DNA from: Lama guanicoe
Taxonomy: Eukaryota
Assembly: GCA_013239625.1 (NCBI GenBank)
Contig: MU053561.1
Coordinates: 1,597,818-1,661,817 of the forward strand
Length of the DNA stretch: 64,000 bases
Direction: 5' to 3'
Every line of letters begins with the position of its first letter. Positions within the stretch are counted from its first letter, which is position 1. Positions 1 to 14,589 of this stretch are shown in pieces. Below the pieces are notes generated by a model that had not been told where the DNA came from, made no database searches, and saw only the letters and a list, made by a program, of their open reading frames with translations. Made by a program: the position numbers and the translations under genes.

Positions 1-1854
1 GCACCTTGTGAGAAGAGGCTCAGAGAAGACAAGGGTCCTCAAGGTCACAGAGCCAGGAAGGGGCAGAACCAAGCTTTAAAGTCAAATTCTTATTTCAAGG
101 CTGGCGTTCTCTCTGATGTACATACCAAGCCTGAATTCGTTTCTGGAGCTATCCACCACATTGCAGCTCTACGCCCAGGTACTGTACTGGGTGCCCTGTA
201 GTCATGCTCTCATTTTTCAACAGCCTGACAAGGTAGGCTTTAGTACAATCAGCTTGCAGATTTTACAGAAATGAGGCTCCTAAAGATTGCATTGCCCCAG
301 ATCACATAGCCAAATACAGAAATAATTCGGATGCTTTCTGCCCCAAACAATCAGTTACTTTCCATGACTTTCAAGGATATAAAGCTCCTCAGAGGTTTTG
401 GTGCTTTCAGAATAGAAGCAAATCCTCACCTTAACACACCAGGCCCATCAGGGTCTGGCTCCTGTTCACCTGTCTTTCTGCCCTACCATGGACACCAACC
501 TCTCCCACTACATGGCGTGCTTTTCCATTCCTCAAGCTGCTGTCTCACCCCGTGTGCATCATATGTTCTGTTCATGCTTCCCATCTTCATCTGCCTTTAA
601 TTTCCTACGACTCAGTTTGTGGCCCCTTTTCTGGGAAGCACCCCACCCCCACATGCCCCACCACCGACTACCTCATCACAAAAGCCGGTCTAGTTACCCG
701 TCCTCTTGCTCTTGCAGCCCCTTAGGAATATCTAAGCCAAAGCACTGAGCATACTGCTCTGTGATTGTCTAGCGAGGTCACCATCGCTACCATCAGACCC
801 TGCCCTCCTTGAAGGTGCAGAGTATATTTCTTATAACTTTGTATTCCCAGAGCTTACCATAGTATCTAAAACAAACTCAGAAAGTTTTCTGAATAAATGA
901 AAGAATGGGAAGGGGAGAGGAGTGAAGGGGATAAAGGGTAATTAGGTAATCAGGTTAATAAGGACTGAGCCCAGGTCTTTCTGATTCCAAAATAGACAAG
1001 ACTTCTACCATCCCATACTCAACCCAGGAGGCTCCCCACTCTACCAGAGATGTGATTGTGCCCTCATTCTCCTTTTTTTTTTTAATTGAAGTATAGTTGA
1101 TTTACAGTATTGTGCTGGTCCCTTCTCTTTTCACTCAGGTATGGTGAGCCTCATTCTTTGCTGTGGCTCCCACCTGGCTCTATTCATAACACCAAGTAGC
1201 TCCCTCCTGGGATTCTCCAAAGTTCTCCATAAGACTTCCCTCCCTGTGTACTTGGCCATTTGAATAGCTAATGTCTACTCCATAAACACTGTGAGCATGC
1301 ACTGTTCAAAGCACTTTATGTGGTTTAATTTTAGCCCTCAGAACAATTCACAAGATTGCCGCAATTACCATCTCCACTTAGCACAATTGAGGGAGGAGAC
1401 GCTGACTTGCCCCGGGCTGCACACATATTAAGTGGTAGAACTGGGATTTGAATCAAAGCAGCCTAACTCCTGAGAATGTGCTTTTAGCCCCTAAGATATA
1501 CCAGTTCACACATATAAACTTGAGATCAGATTGTACAAACTATGTTAGTAACTTGCTTTTTCGTAGTTAATAATTTACCTTGAAAAGTTTTCATATAATT
1601 CAATACTCTTCTGAAACATCATTTTAATAGGTGCATAGTATTTCATCACATTGATGAACCATTATTAATTAATCAATTTCCTATTGGTGGAAATTTAGAT
1701 TATTTTCCCACCTCCTGTAAACACAGTGTGATGAACATCATAACTGACTGCTTGTTTACAACATAGAATTGAAATCACTTGGCCGAAAAGTAAGAAATTG
1801 GCGCATATACACTACGCATACCCTCCAGTGTAACTCAGACATAAATGGATTGTA

Positions 1855-2307
1855 CAGTAGCTCCCCCCTTGCCCATGGTTTCGATTATCATTCTGTAGCA
1901 GTGTCACAGTGCTTGTGTTCAAGCCTTATTTTACTTAATAACAGCCGCAAAGCACAAGAGTGGTGATGCCAGCAATTTGGATTTGCCAAAGAGAAGCTAT
2001 AAAGTGCTTCCTTTGAGTGAAATGTTGGAAGTTCTTGACTTAAAAGGGAAGAGAAAAAAATCATGTGCTGTGGTTGCTTAAGGCTAGTTAAGCTTGAGGT
2101 TGCTTAAGATGGAAAAGGCATTAAATTTGTACAAAAAGGTATTTTGGGAGCAAGAGAGACCATATTCACATAACTTTATTACAGTATATTGTCATAATTA
2201 TTCTATTGTTAGTTATTTTTGCTAATCTCTTACTGTGCCTGATTTATAAATTAAACATCATAGGGATATATCTATAGGGAAAAAACATAGTATATAGAGG
2301 GTTTGGT
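1855..2307 (+). mobile_element. MER44/Tigger7-type DNA transposon remnant (TcMar-Tigger)
   Basis: Starts TA|CAGTAGCTCCCCCC. Internal gccaaagagaagctataaagtgcttcctttgagtgaa and gagagaccatattcacataactttattacagtatattg match the remembered MER44 consensus. Confidence 0.8.
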
Positions 2308-3265
2308 TTATTAACTAGTTATATGGTGTGTGTATTAAAAAGAAGAAATGGTGGGTAGAATGAGGCCAGGTTATTGAGGAAGACTTACAAAGCAAACAAA
2401 AATCCATCCCTTTAGTAAAGATTTACTGAGTACCTTCTATGTGCTAAGCCCTAGGGATAAATAAATATGAATAAATCATGGTATCTTCTCTTCAAAAGTT
2501 GCTCCCAGTCTTGGGAACTTGGATTCTACACTCTAAGGAAGAGGAGGTTATTAAAGCTTCTAGAGTAAGGCAGTGAAAAAATAAAAATTTAGCTCCACAC
2601 AGCTATAATCTCTTAAGCAGCAGACAGAGACAAGAGAGCAAGAGAAATGTCACAGACACACCCACGGTGGCAGAGTTACAGGTAGTATTTTCAAAAAGAA
2701 ATCTGTATGAAAGAGTTCCAGTATGAGTGACAGGACCTAGCTTGCATGGAAAGAATCCAATGTAGAGGGAGATAAAGGGGACCAGGGAAGCCAAAGAGGG
2801 AGGAAGGATGACAGCATGAGAGGAAGATGTTAGTGTGTAGAATCTGGACAAGGCAAGAAGCCAGGAATGGGAAATAAGCTAGAACCCCAAATACGGAGAA
2901 GATCAGGGCACAGGGGCAGGCTTCATAACCAGGAACAGGGTCAAACTTGATAATTAGAATCAGAGGTCCCAGAAGAGTGACTGTCCGTTCCTTGACATGA
3001 GTCAGGACTGAACCTATGCATGGGGATTAGGCTGATTTATTGGAAAACCTGATGAGATTCAAGATCCAGGAGTCAAGGCCAGTAGGATGCACATCTCTGA
3101 AATTTTCTAAGGAGAACCTCAGTAATCTGGCTTAACAGTCACTCCCAACCTCAGATCCTACCTGTCTTTAACACACTCTTGATTCCAATCTTACTGGTCT
3201 TGTTACTGGACTTCCCCAACCCACCCCAACTGACCAACGTAACACACACACATATACAGATACTA

Positions 3266-3267
<2 letters not shown>

Positions 3268-3315
<48 letters not shown>
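3268..3315. repeat. (CA)n microsatellite
   Basis: About 24 perfect CA units. Confidence 0.97.
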
Positions 3316-3316
<1 letters not shown>

Positions 3317-5640
3317 ATAGACTTCTTTTTTGAGGTTTCACCTATGCCTTACTCTATAATGTTCTCTCTGTATCCAAGTCCTTCCAGCTCTTCTCTGAAG
3401 TTGCCAGGTTCGAGGGTTCCTTGCTCTGAATCAGTGGACAGCGTTACGTGCTCCTCCCACTGGCTAGCTTCTTTATTGTCGCTGCACAGAGAGCATCTTA
3501 CAGGCCTGAATGTCGCTGACTTATTTAGTTACTTCCACTGGGACTTTGTTTCTAAGGGAAATACATTCTAAATTGTAACTTGGAAGATCTGGAAAACATC
3601 CATTCCTTCTCCTTTCCTGGGCTGAAGAAGGAAGAGGACTCTTTCCTAACACTGAGACACCCTCAGCAACAGAAAAATAAGATAAATTTTCCATTGCCGG
3701 GGAGAGGTCAGGAGGGGAGCCAGAATATGTGAGGTTTTTAATCTAATGTTGCAGATGAACCAGAGGCATTAGTGGCCAGAATAAAGTAGGGCAAACAGCC
3801 ACGGGTGCTTTGTATGAGTGAGTTGGTGTTTGCCAGTCAGAGACTGTTGGCACAATGATGTTACAAGTTACTGCTAAAATCTATTATATAAAGCCAGTAA
3901 CAATAGTAATGAAACTGAAACCCATAATGGCTACCATTTATTGATGTGTACATGTGCCAGTCGCTGGGCTGGTGCTGATTTTCAGAGGCTTCTTACACTC
4001 TGTTTTTGGTACCGGGGAGTACATGAATATTTTTCAGAATATTTGTGGGAACAATTACAGAAGTAAGAAACAATCATTTTGTCTCCTTTTTGGTGATTGT
4101 ATCCCTCTGCAAACACAAAAATGTGTCCTTCTCGTAACTACCAGCCATGATCAGAATTATTATTTTAATCAGAATCGTGGTGACAATATGCCATGCATTG
4201 AGAGGGACTGATTAACTCTTGATTTCAGAGCACGACATTCTGGATTGGATATTTTAGCTGAATGTAACTATTCTGAATTTCTGCAAAGCAAAGTTGCAGC
4301 AGACATTCATTTCAGCTTGAATTCCAGTCAGCAAGGACTCAGTTGTGTAAAGTACTCGTCCTCTTTTCAGACAAATGTCTGTCTGAAGGTTCTGATGAGA
4401 ATGAAAAAGATAAATGAAGTAGAAAAAATTCTACTTCACATAAAACTGGTAACTTTCTGAATTTTAACTTGGAAAATTGAAAAATATGTACCCCTTCTCC
4501 TTTCCTGGGCTACTAAGTAGAATTTCATTAGTATCAAACTATTCTTATTATACTTGCAATTTTCAAGTAGATCATTTTCAGAGCAGATCCTTCCACATCA
4601 CCTTATCGGTGGGCACTGGAAATGTAGCTCACTGAGGAAAGTCAGATATTTCTTATTTAAGGATGTTTGATAGGAAGTTGAATATGAAGATCTTCCATTA
4701 CTCCATATTGTCACTGAATATAAATGTGGAGGGAGCTGCAATTATAAAGGGACTCTGAATCAAGCCAGAGCTGGTTTCCCTCACTGAATAAGCTCCCCAG
4801 TTATCTCTCCATATGGTTGCCACAACTACTCTTTCTGTTCTGAAAACCTAAGCCCCGTACCTCCTTCAGCTTGTTCTTCGTGCTTTCCTCTTCTGCTCTC
4901 TCCCACTTCAAAATGCTCAAGAAATGCAATTCACAGAGCCGTTATACTGCCAGCAGCCCACTCCATCTGTTTCCATCCATAAAGCCCCTCCTTAATATTT
5001 CTTAGTGCATTGTTCATTTCCCAAGGGCAATAGAGGGCCTCGTACACCAAGAAAAAGGGAGTAAATGCAGGGTGTGGTTCCATCCAAATCTGCATTTTAT
5101 ATCTGTGCTCTTCCCCCAGTAAGTGATTTTGTACAGTTTGTTGCCTATTAATGTGTGACCTTTGACTGGAGGATTTCCTATGCTCTGCATATGTGTTCAG
5201 TATCCCTCTCATGTGGTAGACAATGCCTTTGATTGCAATGACATTTATTCCAGGCTTGGAAGATTTATTCGGTCTCACTCTCAGAAGATCCTTCTGTTGC
5301 ATTTTTGGCTTACACTACTTTTCAAAATGTTTGAGAGGGGATTAGGTTAAAGGACGTTACCTTTGTCTCTTCCTGAGAACACTCCAGTGGTCTTGTTTTT
5401 TAGAGATTTTACCACCTCGTAGAGTTTCTCTCTTTTATATTCAAGTGTTTCTATCATTGAACAGGTTTAGTTCATTTTTAGTTTAGAGAAGCAAAGAATA
5501 AAAATCAATGTAGGGAAAACAAATTCTTAAAACGTATTAACATAAAAAATGTTTTTCCCAAAAGACATAAATGCTAACGAGGCTGCATACGTTGAAGCAG
5601 AATTACCAGACGTCCACCAACTGGTCAGACAGGAATTCTT

Positions 5641-5805
5641 TTTTCCTTTCTTTCTTTAATTTTATTTTTTATTGAAGTGTAGTTGATACACAATGTTAGT
5701 TTCAGGTGTACAATTTTGTTATAAATATACATACACATACATGTATATTTTTCTTTTCAGATTCTTTTCCATTATATGTTATTACAAGAAGCTGAATATA
5801 CTTCC
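5641..5805 (-). mobile_element. 5'-truncated L1 3' end with 15-bp TSD
   Basis: T-rich tail followed by attgaagtgtagttgatacacaatg. Perfect flanking repeat cagacaggaattctt at 5626-5640 and 5806-5820. Confidence 0.88.
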
Positions 5806-5957
5806 CAGACAGGAATTCTTAAATGTGGGATAATCTAAGAGGAGAGAGATTACCAGCTGCATTTTCATTTTGAAAGCTGCCTTTCTAGAATAGATGTCAT
5901 TTGACAGTAGATTATAATACTTCCAGCAGTATGATAGGCTAAATACAGGGCACAACC

Positions 5958-6182
5958 TTCTCCTTACAAAAAAATTTAAAATTCTGACTAAATTTGTATT
6001 TGGAATAATTTATAATATTATAAAATTATATTTGGAATATTAGATATATTTGGAATATCTCCTTACAAACTTTAAAATTCTGACTAAATTGTCTTTGGAA
6101 AAGAGAGAGAGGAAAGAGCAAAGAACAAGAGGAGGAATTGTATTTGGAATATAATTCTGACTAAAATTGTATTTGGAATATG
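5958..6182. repeat. Imperfect local tandem duplications (aattctgactaaa(t)ttgtatttggaata unit)
   Basis: About three copies of the unit plus several tttggaata sub-repeats. Confidence 0.75.
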
Positions 6183-7007
6183 TTAAAGTATACTATTGAG
6201 CTGATGGGAATGGAAGAGGAATCCTCAGAGGCCAGAAACAAAGAAAAAACAGGAAATCGCGAGGGTAAGGAGGCGACACAGTCATCATGACCTTTCATTC
6301 TGACAATCATGGGAGGGGCCAGGGGGCTAGAGAGAACATCTAGAGCTTACTTGCGGTGGGTCACTGAGGGTAGACCCCCACCTAAAGCTGAACCCACAAG
6401 GGGGTGTACCTTTGGTGAAGCAAGGGCCCCAGTGTGTGCAGACATCAATTCCATCCACAGAAGATGACAGCAAAGGAACTTGTTGTCTTAGCCCTGACAC
6501 AGGGTGAGGACTGAATCTCTCCTGAGACTGTAAAACTGCAGGCCCACCCTCATCGGTCTGTAGTTTTGTGATCCAGAAAACTTCAGATCTAGAAATAGCA
6601 TACACACGCTTATGAGAGAAAGATACCTTCAATCCAGGCCTTAAATATTACTGTATACTCCAAGAAAGTAATAATAATAAAATGCACAAAGAAACAGTGC
6701 CCTGTGAGTGAAACCAGAAACAACAAAGACGTATTCAGACACACTTAATACTTCGAATGGTAGAATTATCAAGTAAGAGTGTAAAAAAAGCATGCTTACT
6801 ATGTTGAAAGAAACACAAGAGAATATTGAGTAGATTAAGGATAAGACACTAAAAAAGTATGGCAGGAACATTTGAAAAATAAAAATTCATATGGATGTAC
6901 TAGGACTAAATTTTTTTAATGAAATGTTAAACAGCAAGTTAGACGTGGATGAAGAGAGAATTTGTGTATTACAGGAGAAATCTGAATGAATTACTGGAAG
7001 TTTAGTA

Positions 7008-7497
7008 TAGGCACACCAGACTTTATTGCACTTGGTTTTATTGTACTTCTCAGATATTGTATATTTTACAAATTGAAGGGTTGTGGCAACCCTGTGATGA
7101 GCAAGTCTATCGGCATTATTTTTTCAACAGCATTTGCTCACTTTGTGCTTCTGTCTCACAATTTGGTAATTTTCACAGTATTTCAAACTTTTTCATTATC
7201 ATTATATTCGTTATGGTCATCTATGATCAATGATCTTTGATGCTACTATTGCAAAAAATTATGAATTGCTGAAGGCTCAGATGATGGTTAGCATTTTTTA
7301 GCAAAGAAGTATTTTTTAAGGTATGCACTTTTTTTAGACATAATGCTTTGCATGCTTTCGACGCTACAGCAGAGTGTGACTGTAAATTTTATATGCATTG
7401 GGAAATTAAAAAAAATTCCTGTGACTCACTTTATTGCAATATTTGCTTTATTGTGGTGGCCTGGAACTGAACCCACAATCTCTCTGAGGTATGCCTG
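7008..7497 (+). mobile_element. Internally deleted Tigger1-type DNA transposon inserted in the L1
   Basis: Both Tigger1 ends are present (taggcacacc... and ...gaggtatgcctg), flanked by TA at 7006-7007 and 7498-7499. No transposase. Confidence 0.88.
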
Positions 7498-8497
7498 TAA
7501 AGGGAAGCAAGGATGGAAAATATAAGGGAAGTAATAAACATGAGGATAGAGTGAGAAGATCAAACTCAGAGTTTCAAATGAAAACAATATAATAATATAA
7601 TAGGAAAAAATGGGTGAGAGGAAGTATGTGAAGACATACCTGCTGAGAAAATCTGCATCATTTACTAAAGATATTAATTGGCAGATTCAGGAAGCAGAAT
7701 GCATCCCAAGCAGGATAAATAAAAAGCAATCATGACTAGGTACATCATCGTGACACTGTAGAGAAACAAAGATGAGGAGAAGATCCTAACAAACCCAGAG
7801 AGAACATAACAGCTACACACAAAGAAACAACAAATAAACTTATTGCTGGCTTGTCAGCATCCATGGAAACCAGAAAACTGGAGAATAATTTCTTCAACGT
7901 CTGAAAGGAAATTATCATCAGCTTAGAATTGTATGCCAGTGAAAATATTTTTTAAGAACTTAGTAACATAAAGTCTTTTTTTCATGCAAATAAAATCTAA
8001 AATATTTTATCATTAAAGTAAATTATAAGGGTTGAACTGAACCACACAAAGAAGGGAAATTATACAAAAGAAAAGGAAAGATCTGAAATAAAAGAAGAAA
8101 TGATGGGCAAGGAATAACCCAAATAGTAGGTAAATCTAAGCATCTAAGCAAACAAACATTGATGATCTTGTTGGAGAGAGGACAAAATGAAACAAAATAC
8201 AGGCCAGCAGTAATGTACAAATGACAAGGGGTTAGTGGAATTTAAAGTGGTCTCTAAAAGAATAAAAATGAAGTGTGTAGCTTGCATATTAGTTAAGGGT
8301 GAAAATGAAATAATAAAGAAAAGCCTCAGCAAATAAAAAAAATAATAAGACAATAGCAAGAAAGGAGAAAAAAAACACAGCTAGAAAAGCAGGACAAAAA
8401 GAAAGTACAAAATAATATGGTAGAAAAAAACCTAAATAAACTGGTAATAATAGTCAATGTATATACTCTAAAACTTAGACTTCTAGACTGATTTTTT

Positions 8498-8585
8498 CAT
8501 TGTTTTTTGTTTTAATTTTAACCTTTTTTATTGAAGTAGTCAGTTTGCAATGTTACATAAATTTCTGGATGTATAGCATAATGTT
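8498..8585 (-). mobile_element. Very short L1 3' end insertion
   Basis: ttttattgaagtagtcagtttgcaatgtt, flanked by tagactga(t/a)ttttt at 8484-8497 and 8586-8600. Confidence 0.7.
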
Positions 8586-10829
8586 TAGACTGAATTTTTT
8601 AAATTGTTACTTGTATTAAATAAAAGGATACAAAAAGTTTGAAAAAGATGAAAATAAACCAGGCAAACACTATCCACAAGAAAGTTTGAACAGCTTTATT
8701 AATATAAAAAATAATAGACTTTAAGGCAAAAATCATTCTTCAGAAGCAACAGAATCACTACATAATAGTAGAAAGTTTTATATTACTAATAATTAGTGAT
8801 ATGTTAATATTACTAATATGAAAATAATAGTAAGACATAATAATTCTAAACTTATATGAATCAAATTATACCACTTCAACAGAAGTAAAACAAAATTTGA
8901 TTAAACTTCAAGGAAGATTTTATAAATCTACCCTCAAGGAGAGCGATTTTAACACCTTTCTAAATAATTGATAGATTAGCCAGGCAAAAATAGCAGTAGG
9001 AATATGGAAAAAAATGAAAATACAAGCTCAGTCTTATCTCTACACAGGACAATTGAGGAATAGTCATTCATTTTAAGGACACATAAAACAATTACAAAAG
9101 TAGAGCACAGATTTGGCCACAAAAAGTATGTCAATAAATTTCAAAGAATAAATATCATTTAGAACAAGTTAATCATTATACAATTAAGTTAAAAACAACT
9201 ATTAAAGACAAAACTGGGAAAAAATCCATACATTTGGAAACATAAAATCACATTTCTAATAACTATGGGTCAAAAGGAAATTATAATGAAAATTAGAAAA
9301 TATATAATAATAACAAAATACTACTTATCAGAACTTGTGATATAAAGCTAAATTAGCACTTAGATGGAAATATGAGGGCTTAAATAATTCCAGTAGCAAA
9401 CAGAAAAGGTTAAATTAATGTACTACACATCCAGCTTTATAAATTTGAGAATAACAGAATACAATGTAGAAAATAGAAGGAAATAACAGAGCAGAAAATA
9501 ATAAAGTAAAATTCAAACAATAAAAAGAATTAAAAAATCTCAGAGTCATTCTTAGAAAAGACTAATAAAATTTGCAAATCTCTGGAAAAATTTCTCCATA
9601 CAAAAGCAAGCAGGCATATATATGCAACCTTCAGAATAAAGGAAAAGATATAATTATATTTCTTTAGTGATTAAAAATAATAATGGAAGAATATTATAAC
9701 AATTCTATATCATTAATTTTAAAACAAAAGAAATGGAAACATTTTTTAAAAAGTATAACTGGCTAAAACTAGCTCAAGAATAGCTAGAAAACCTAAATAA
9801 TGTTAAAACCATTAAGGAAATCAAATCAGTAGTTAAATATTTTTTTACCAAAAAAAAAGAAAAATCACCAGGCCCATATAGTTTTGTAAATATTCATTCC
9901 AATCTTATACAAACTCCATCAACAAACAGAAAAAGAGAAAACACTACCCAATGCATTTTACATTTTACTAAATTTGATAACGAATTTAGTATAATTTGTT
10001 ACCAAAACAAAATAAAACTAGGACAGTATGGAAAAGAAAATTATAAGTGAGATTCTTTCATGGACAGAGATAATCTTAGTTTCCCTCAAGTCATGAGAAG
10101 GATTGGGTTGACTTTAACATAAAAGGAATTAAAATATTTACTAAGTATAACAATATATAAAAATGTCAGTGAATTTTTTTTTAGTAAGCAGCAAAGAAAG
10201 CCACTAAAATCAGTGGCCCTGTAGTAGAATAACTCATGGCCTCCAGTTCCTGACAGCAATAGGTGAACATGTGGGACCTCCTCTGTGAAGCATCACATAC
10301 AAATTCATACATGTCAGTAGCAATATAAAATGCCACTATAGACAGAACAACTTAGCAGTAACTTTATCATTCTTCAAGGAATTCTATAATCAAAAATAAG
10401 ATGTGAAAGAGATTTAGAATAGAGAGAGTAATGTACTTACCATATTACATCACTTTTTTGCTAGTGTGTGTTCTATGAGAGGTGAAAATCCCAGAGGACA
10501 AGGAGTTGAGAGAAGAGAAATGAGGGTAGAGAGGGAACTCGATGGTCAGTAGAAGGTAGTACAATCTTGAAAGTGGGAGAATGAAATATGGTGGGGAAAA
10601 ACAGAGATGTGAAAATAGACTATTGTCAATGGTGTCAATCCTTGGTAGTACGGAAGAACTGAAGTAAAAATTTAAGCTGTTCCTGAATTCTAAGGGACAA
10701 CAGAGTAGGAATAACATCCATCATATTTTCTATTCCTCAGTCTTGGGCATAAGGCCTGGCATATAATAGGCACTCAGCAAAATTTGCTGAATGAATGAGT
10801 GAGTGAATGAATGAATTGCTAATAAACTA

Positions 10830-12170
10830 TTAGCAGGCTAGAAGAAACTGTGATATTGGATTGGAGTAGTAAAAATAAACATTATTATGAACTCATGTTT
10901 ACTTTAATAGAGGCATGTGTAATAGAGGTATTTATAGAAATAATTATATGTGTATGTGTATATACATGCGTTATTTCTTAATTCTTTTGACTGAGTGGGC
11001 CTAAAAACGAAAGACACTCCAGTGGCAGAGAGCATGCCAAATCCCCAGATTGGATTTTTAATACGATACTCCAATAAAAGGAACCAGGACTCTGGAGAAA
11101 CGTCTGATTCTAGGGCTGGGCCAGGAGTATGCAACACGAGCCTGGAGCATCTTATAGTGCCACGAAGTAAATACGTGCTCAGAGGAAGAAGCAAAACAGT
11201 GAGGAAGTACGATGAGGGGGCCCAGGGTCCAACTGAAAGAGCTCCAGTGGTAAAGCTGGAACACGCAAGTTAAGCAGTAAAATAAAGTAGTATTGGATTA
11301 TAACCGAAAGGATAAAAGAAATATTTATGATCCTTCCTGATATAAATAAATGATTGATTGGATAAATTAATAAATGGAGGAGAGTAGAAAACTTCTGATA
11401 GAGAAGAATTTCAAATATTGACACAGATACTGACCCTCTAAAGCAGGTGGAACATAATGCCCTATATTTTAAGTGTCAGATGTGTATTGTAACTTCCTTC
11501 CGAAGAATAGAGTAGGGAAAGTTGGGGGAGGTGACACTTTGTAGTAGAGATCAAGGTTAGCATCCTCACTGATAAGTCGTGTTGACAGCAGGTACCCTTG
11601 CTATGCCGTGATGTGGTTCTTTTTTTTTAATTTTTTTTTTTGTTGAGTTATAGTCAGTTTACAGCGTTGTGTCAATTTCTGGTGTACAGCACAATTCTTC
11701 AGTCATACATGAATATACATATATTCATTCATTCGATGTCATATGTCTTAGTTCTTCCTCCCCAATCCCATGACCCCAGTCTAAGCATGAGAAAAACATC
11801 AGACAAACCAAAATTCTGGGACATTCTGCAAAATATCTTAACCACCTCAAACTGTTAAAGTCCTCAAAAATAGGGAAAGTGTGAGAAATTGTCAAAGTTT
11901 TTAGGTGGCAAAGCAGACAAGATGTCTTGGGTGGGATACAGCCTCCTGGATAAGATTCCACAACAGGAAAAGGATGTTAGGTTAAAAACCATTAGTGAAT
12001 AATAGAATATCAATATTGATTGATTAATTGTGACAAACTCACTGTACTAATTTAAGATGGTAACAGTTGGGGAAAATGGGAGTGGGGTGTATGGGGACAC
12101 TGGGCACAATCTTTGCAACTTTTCTGTATATCTAAAACTACTTGAAAGGAAAAACTTTATTTAAAAAAAT
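10830..12170 (+). mobile_element. L1MC/L1MD-type 3' UTR
   Basis: Characteristic 3' end (gattaattgtgacaaa...ctttgcaacttttctgtatatctaaaact plus A-rich tail). Contains a younger minus-strand L1 3' fragment at about 11620-11733. Confidence 0.75.
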
Positions 12171-13690
12171 GTTAGCTAACATGTATTGAGGGCACAGTGT
12201 CTGCCATGAACTGTGCTAAGCAGTTATAGCTACTGCTTTAATCTTCACAACAACCCAGTAATGCAAACATGATTATCCCCATTTCAAAAAGAAAAGCAAA
12301 GAAGGGCTAAGTAATTGGGACAGGGTTGTCCCACAGCCAGCAAGGGGTGGAGCAGGGAATTGAACTCAGGAGAAAGAATTTTGTCCTCTCAGTCCAAGAG
12401 GATTTCTGGAAGTGCCTCTCAGGACTATGATTTGATTCTCTGATTTTTAATAAGCCTCTGTTGTATTGAGGCAGGAGGGTATGGCCAGGCAAAAAGCAAA
12501 TGCTGAGGAGTTTGGGAAACTATGATAACAAATAGATTAATAGGGTTCCACATTTCTACCAGAGTGAAGAAGGAGGAAGGAGAGATTATGGGCATACATG
12601 TGAGTAACTTAAGCTTTATGAAAACAACTTCAATAAAATGAGGAATTTACTGAGCTGGATAAATTGGCAATGGTTATTACCCTAAAGTACAGTAGAGACA
12701 AATGGCCACACTCTGAAGGATTAAGACGGCTGGCTCAGGTGGAGTACATACTTTTATGCAAAAATAATCATAAAACTTTTAAAATGTGGATGATTGACAA
12801 ATTGTATAACTTGATTGTGAACAAAAATAGAAGCCTGGGGAGTACAGCCAGCCTAAGGAAAAAACAAAACAGAACAACTATGGGGGCAAAAAGAAGGCAC
12901 TGCTCTGCACAAAAGATAAAGTGAAGTACATCAAAGCATAACAGACAAAGAATGAGGTTTGGTTTTGTTTAATATAGTAAAGAGTTGAAATTTAAGAAAG
13001 AGTCAATGAAACCATTATTTTGGTAGGCGAGGGTAGAAATGGCTGGCTTCCGCAGAGGAAATGGTGAAGAACTGAATAGATTCATTCAGAAACAGAGTGA
13101 GGCAGAGGAAGCAGCCTCTAATATGACCTTTACAAGTAATGTTTGTTCTGCTGATTGACTTGTGCATTGGCTGAAATTATTTTATCTTTGAATGAATCTT
13201 TTCTTATCATCTTCCTAACATCTGACTTCAAACGTTTTCTTTTTCCTCATCTTCTCTCCTTATGTACACTTACACTAGCCATAAGGTGAGGCTTTCATTG
13301 GAAGTTTTCTGAGAATATCTATATGGAAGGGGACAGAAATTGAGTGTAGGACCTTTCCCTTAACATTAGAGAATCGTTCTTCTTTTTTCAGACTATCTTC
13401 ACAAAACCTAAAGTAGATTTCAGTAAGATGACTTCCTTTCTATTAAATTCTTACTAGAAAGAATCTTTAGGTTTCAATGAAATCCCCTCTGAAACTTCTT
13501 GAAAACACAAAAAGTGCCATGGTTGTAAATATTTCTTTATACTTCACATAGAAGCCAATGCTTATAGATATCAAAAAAGCAAATAAAATTCACACAATAA
13601 AGCTGCATGTTGATAGATTTTTCAAAGAATTCACTGCATATGAAACTATAGGAAATGTGACTTTTTAAAAAATGTGCTCTTAAAGATTAA

Positions 13691-14170
13691 TGTACTAGAG
13701 CTTTTTAGAGAAACAGAACCAATAGGAGATATATATTGATATGGATCTATTGCCATATAGACAGACAGATATAAAAAAATGAGAGATTGGCTCATGAGAT
13801 TATAGAGACTGAAAAGTCCCGTGATCTGCTGTCTGAAATTTGAAGGCCTAGGAAAGCAAGTGGTGTTCCAGTCCAAACCCTAGGATCAAGAACCAGGAGA
13901 ACTGACATCTGAGGGCAGAGGAAGATGGATGTCCCAGCTCTGGGAGAGAGCAGATTTGTCCTTCCTCTGCCTTTCTGTTCTATTCAGGCCCTGAATCAAT
14001 TGGATGATGCCCACAGCGTTGGTGAGGGCAGTCTTCTTCACTCAGTCATCTTATTCAAATGCTAATCTCTTCCAGAAATAGCCTCACAGACACACCCAGA
14101 AATAATGTTTTATCAGCTATTTAGGCATCCTTTAGCCCAGTCATGTTGACACATGAAGTCAACCACCACA
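13691..14170 (-). mobile_element. MLT2-type (ERVL) solo LTR
   Basis: TG...CA ends; agagaaacagaaccaatagga at one end and cccagtcatgttgacacatgaagtcaaccaccaca at the other match the remembered MLT2 consensus. Confidence 0.85.
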
Positions 14171-14249
14171 GTTAGTTTGACCCCAAAACAGTAATAAAAA
14201 TTACCTGTGTAGGAATTGCAGTCAAATGAACACTACTGTTGTTTCTTTC

Positions 14250-14558
14250 TTTTTTTTTAATTGAAATATACTTGATGTACAATATCATGTTAGTTTCAGA
14301 TGTACTACATAGAGATTTGACATTTGCATACATTATGAAATCATCACCATCATAGGTCTAGTAACCATCTGTCCCATACAAAGTTATTACAGTATTATTG
14401 ACCATATTTCTTATGCTGTATATTTCATCCTTGTGGCTTATTTAGTTTATAACTCAAGGTTTATACTTCTTAATCACCCTTTCACCTATTTTGCCCCCTC
14501 ACCTCCTTCCCCTCTGGAAACCTACTGTTTGTTCTCTGTATCTATGAGTTTGTTTTTG

Positions 14559-14589
<31 letters not shown>

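Larger units (their letters stand above)
6250..10075 (+). mobile_element. Old degraded L1 body (ORF1/ORF2 remnants)
   Basis: A-rich sense strand with ORF2-like stretches such as aatagactttaaggcaaaa and aaaatcaccaggcccatatagttttg (KSPGPDGF-like). Many stops. Interrupted by younger insertions. Confidence 0.8.

Noticed and set aside
4931..5302. 123-aa minus-strand ORF
   Set aside because: No recognisable domain or flanking splice/promoter support; may be an unrecognised old repeat.
5958..6182. Repeat-spacer-like pattern (CRISPR-like)
   Set aside because: Mammalian DNA with irregular AT-rich slippage duplications; no constant repeat or spacer lengths.
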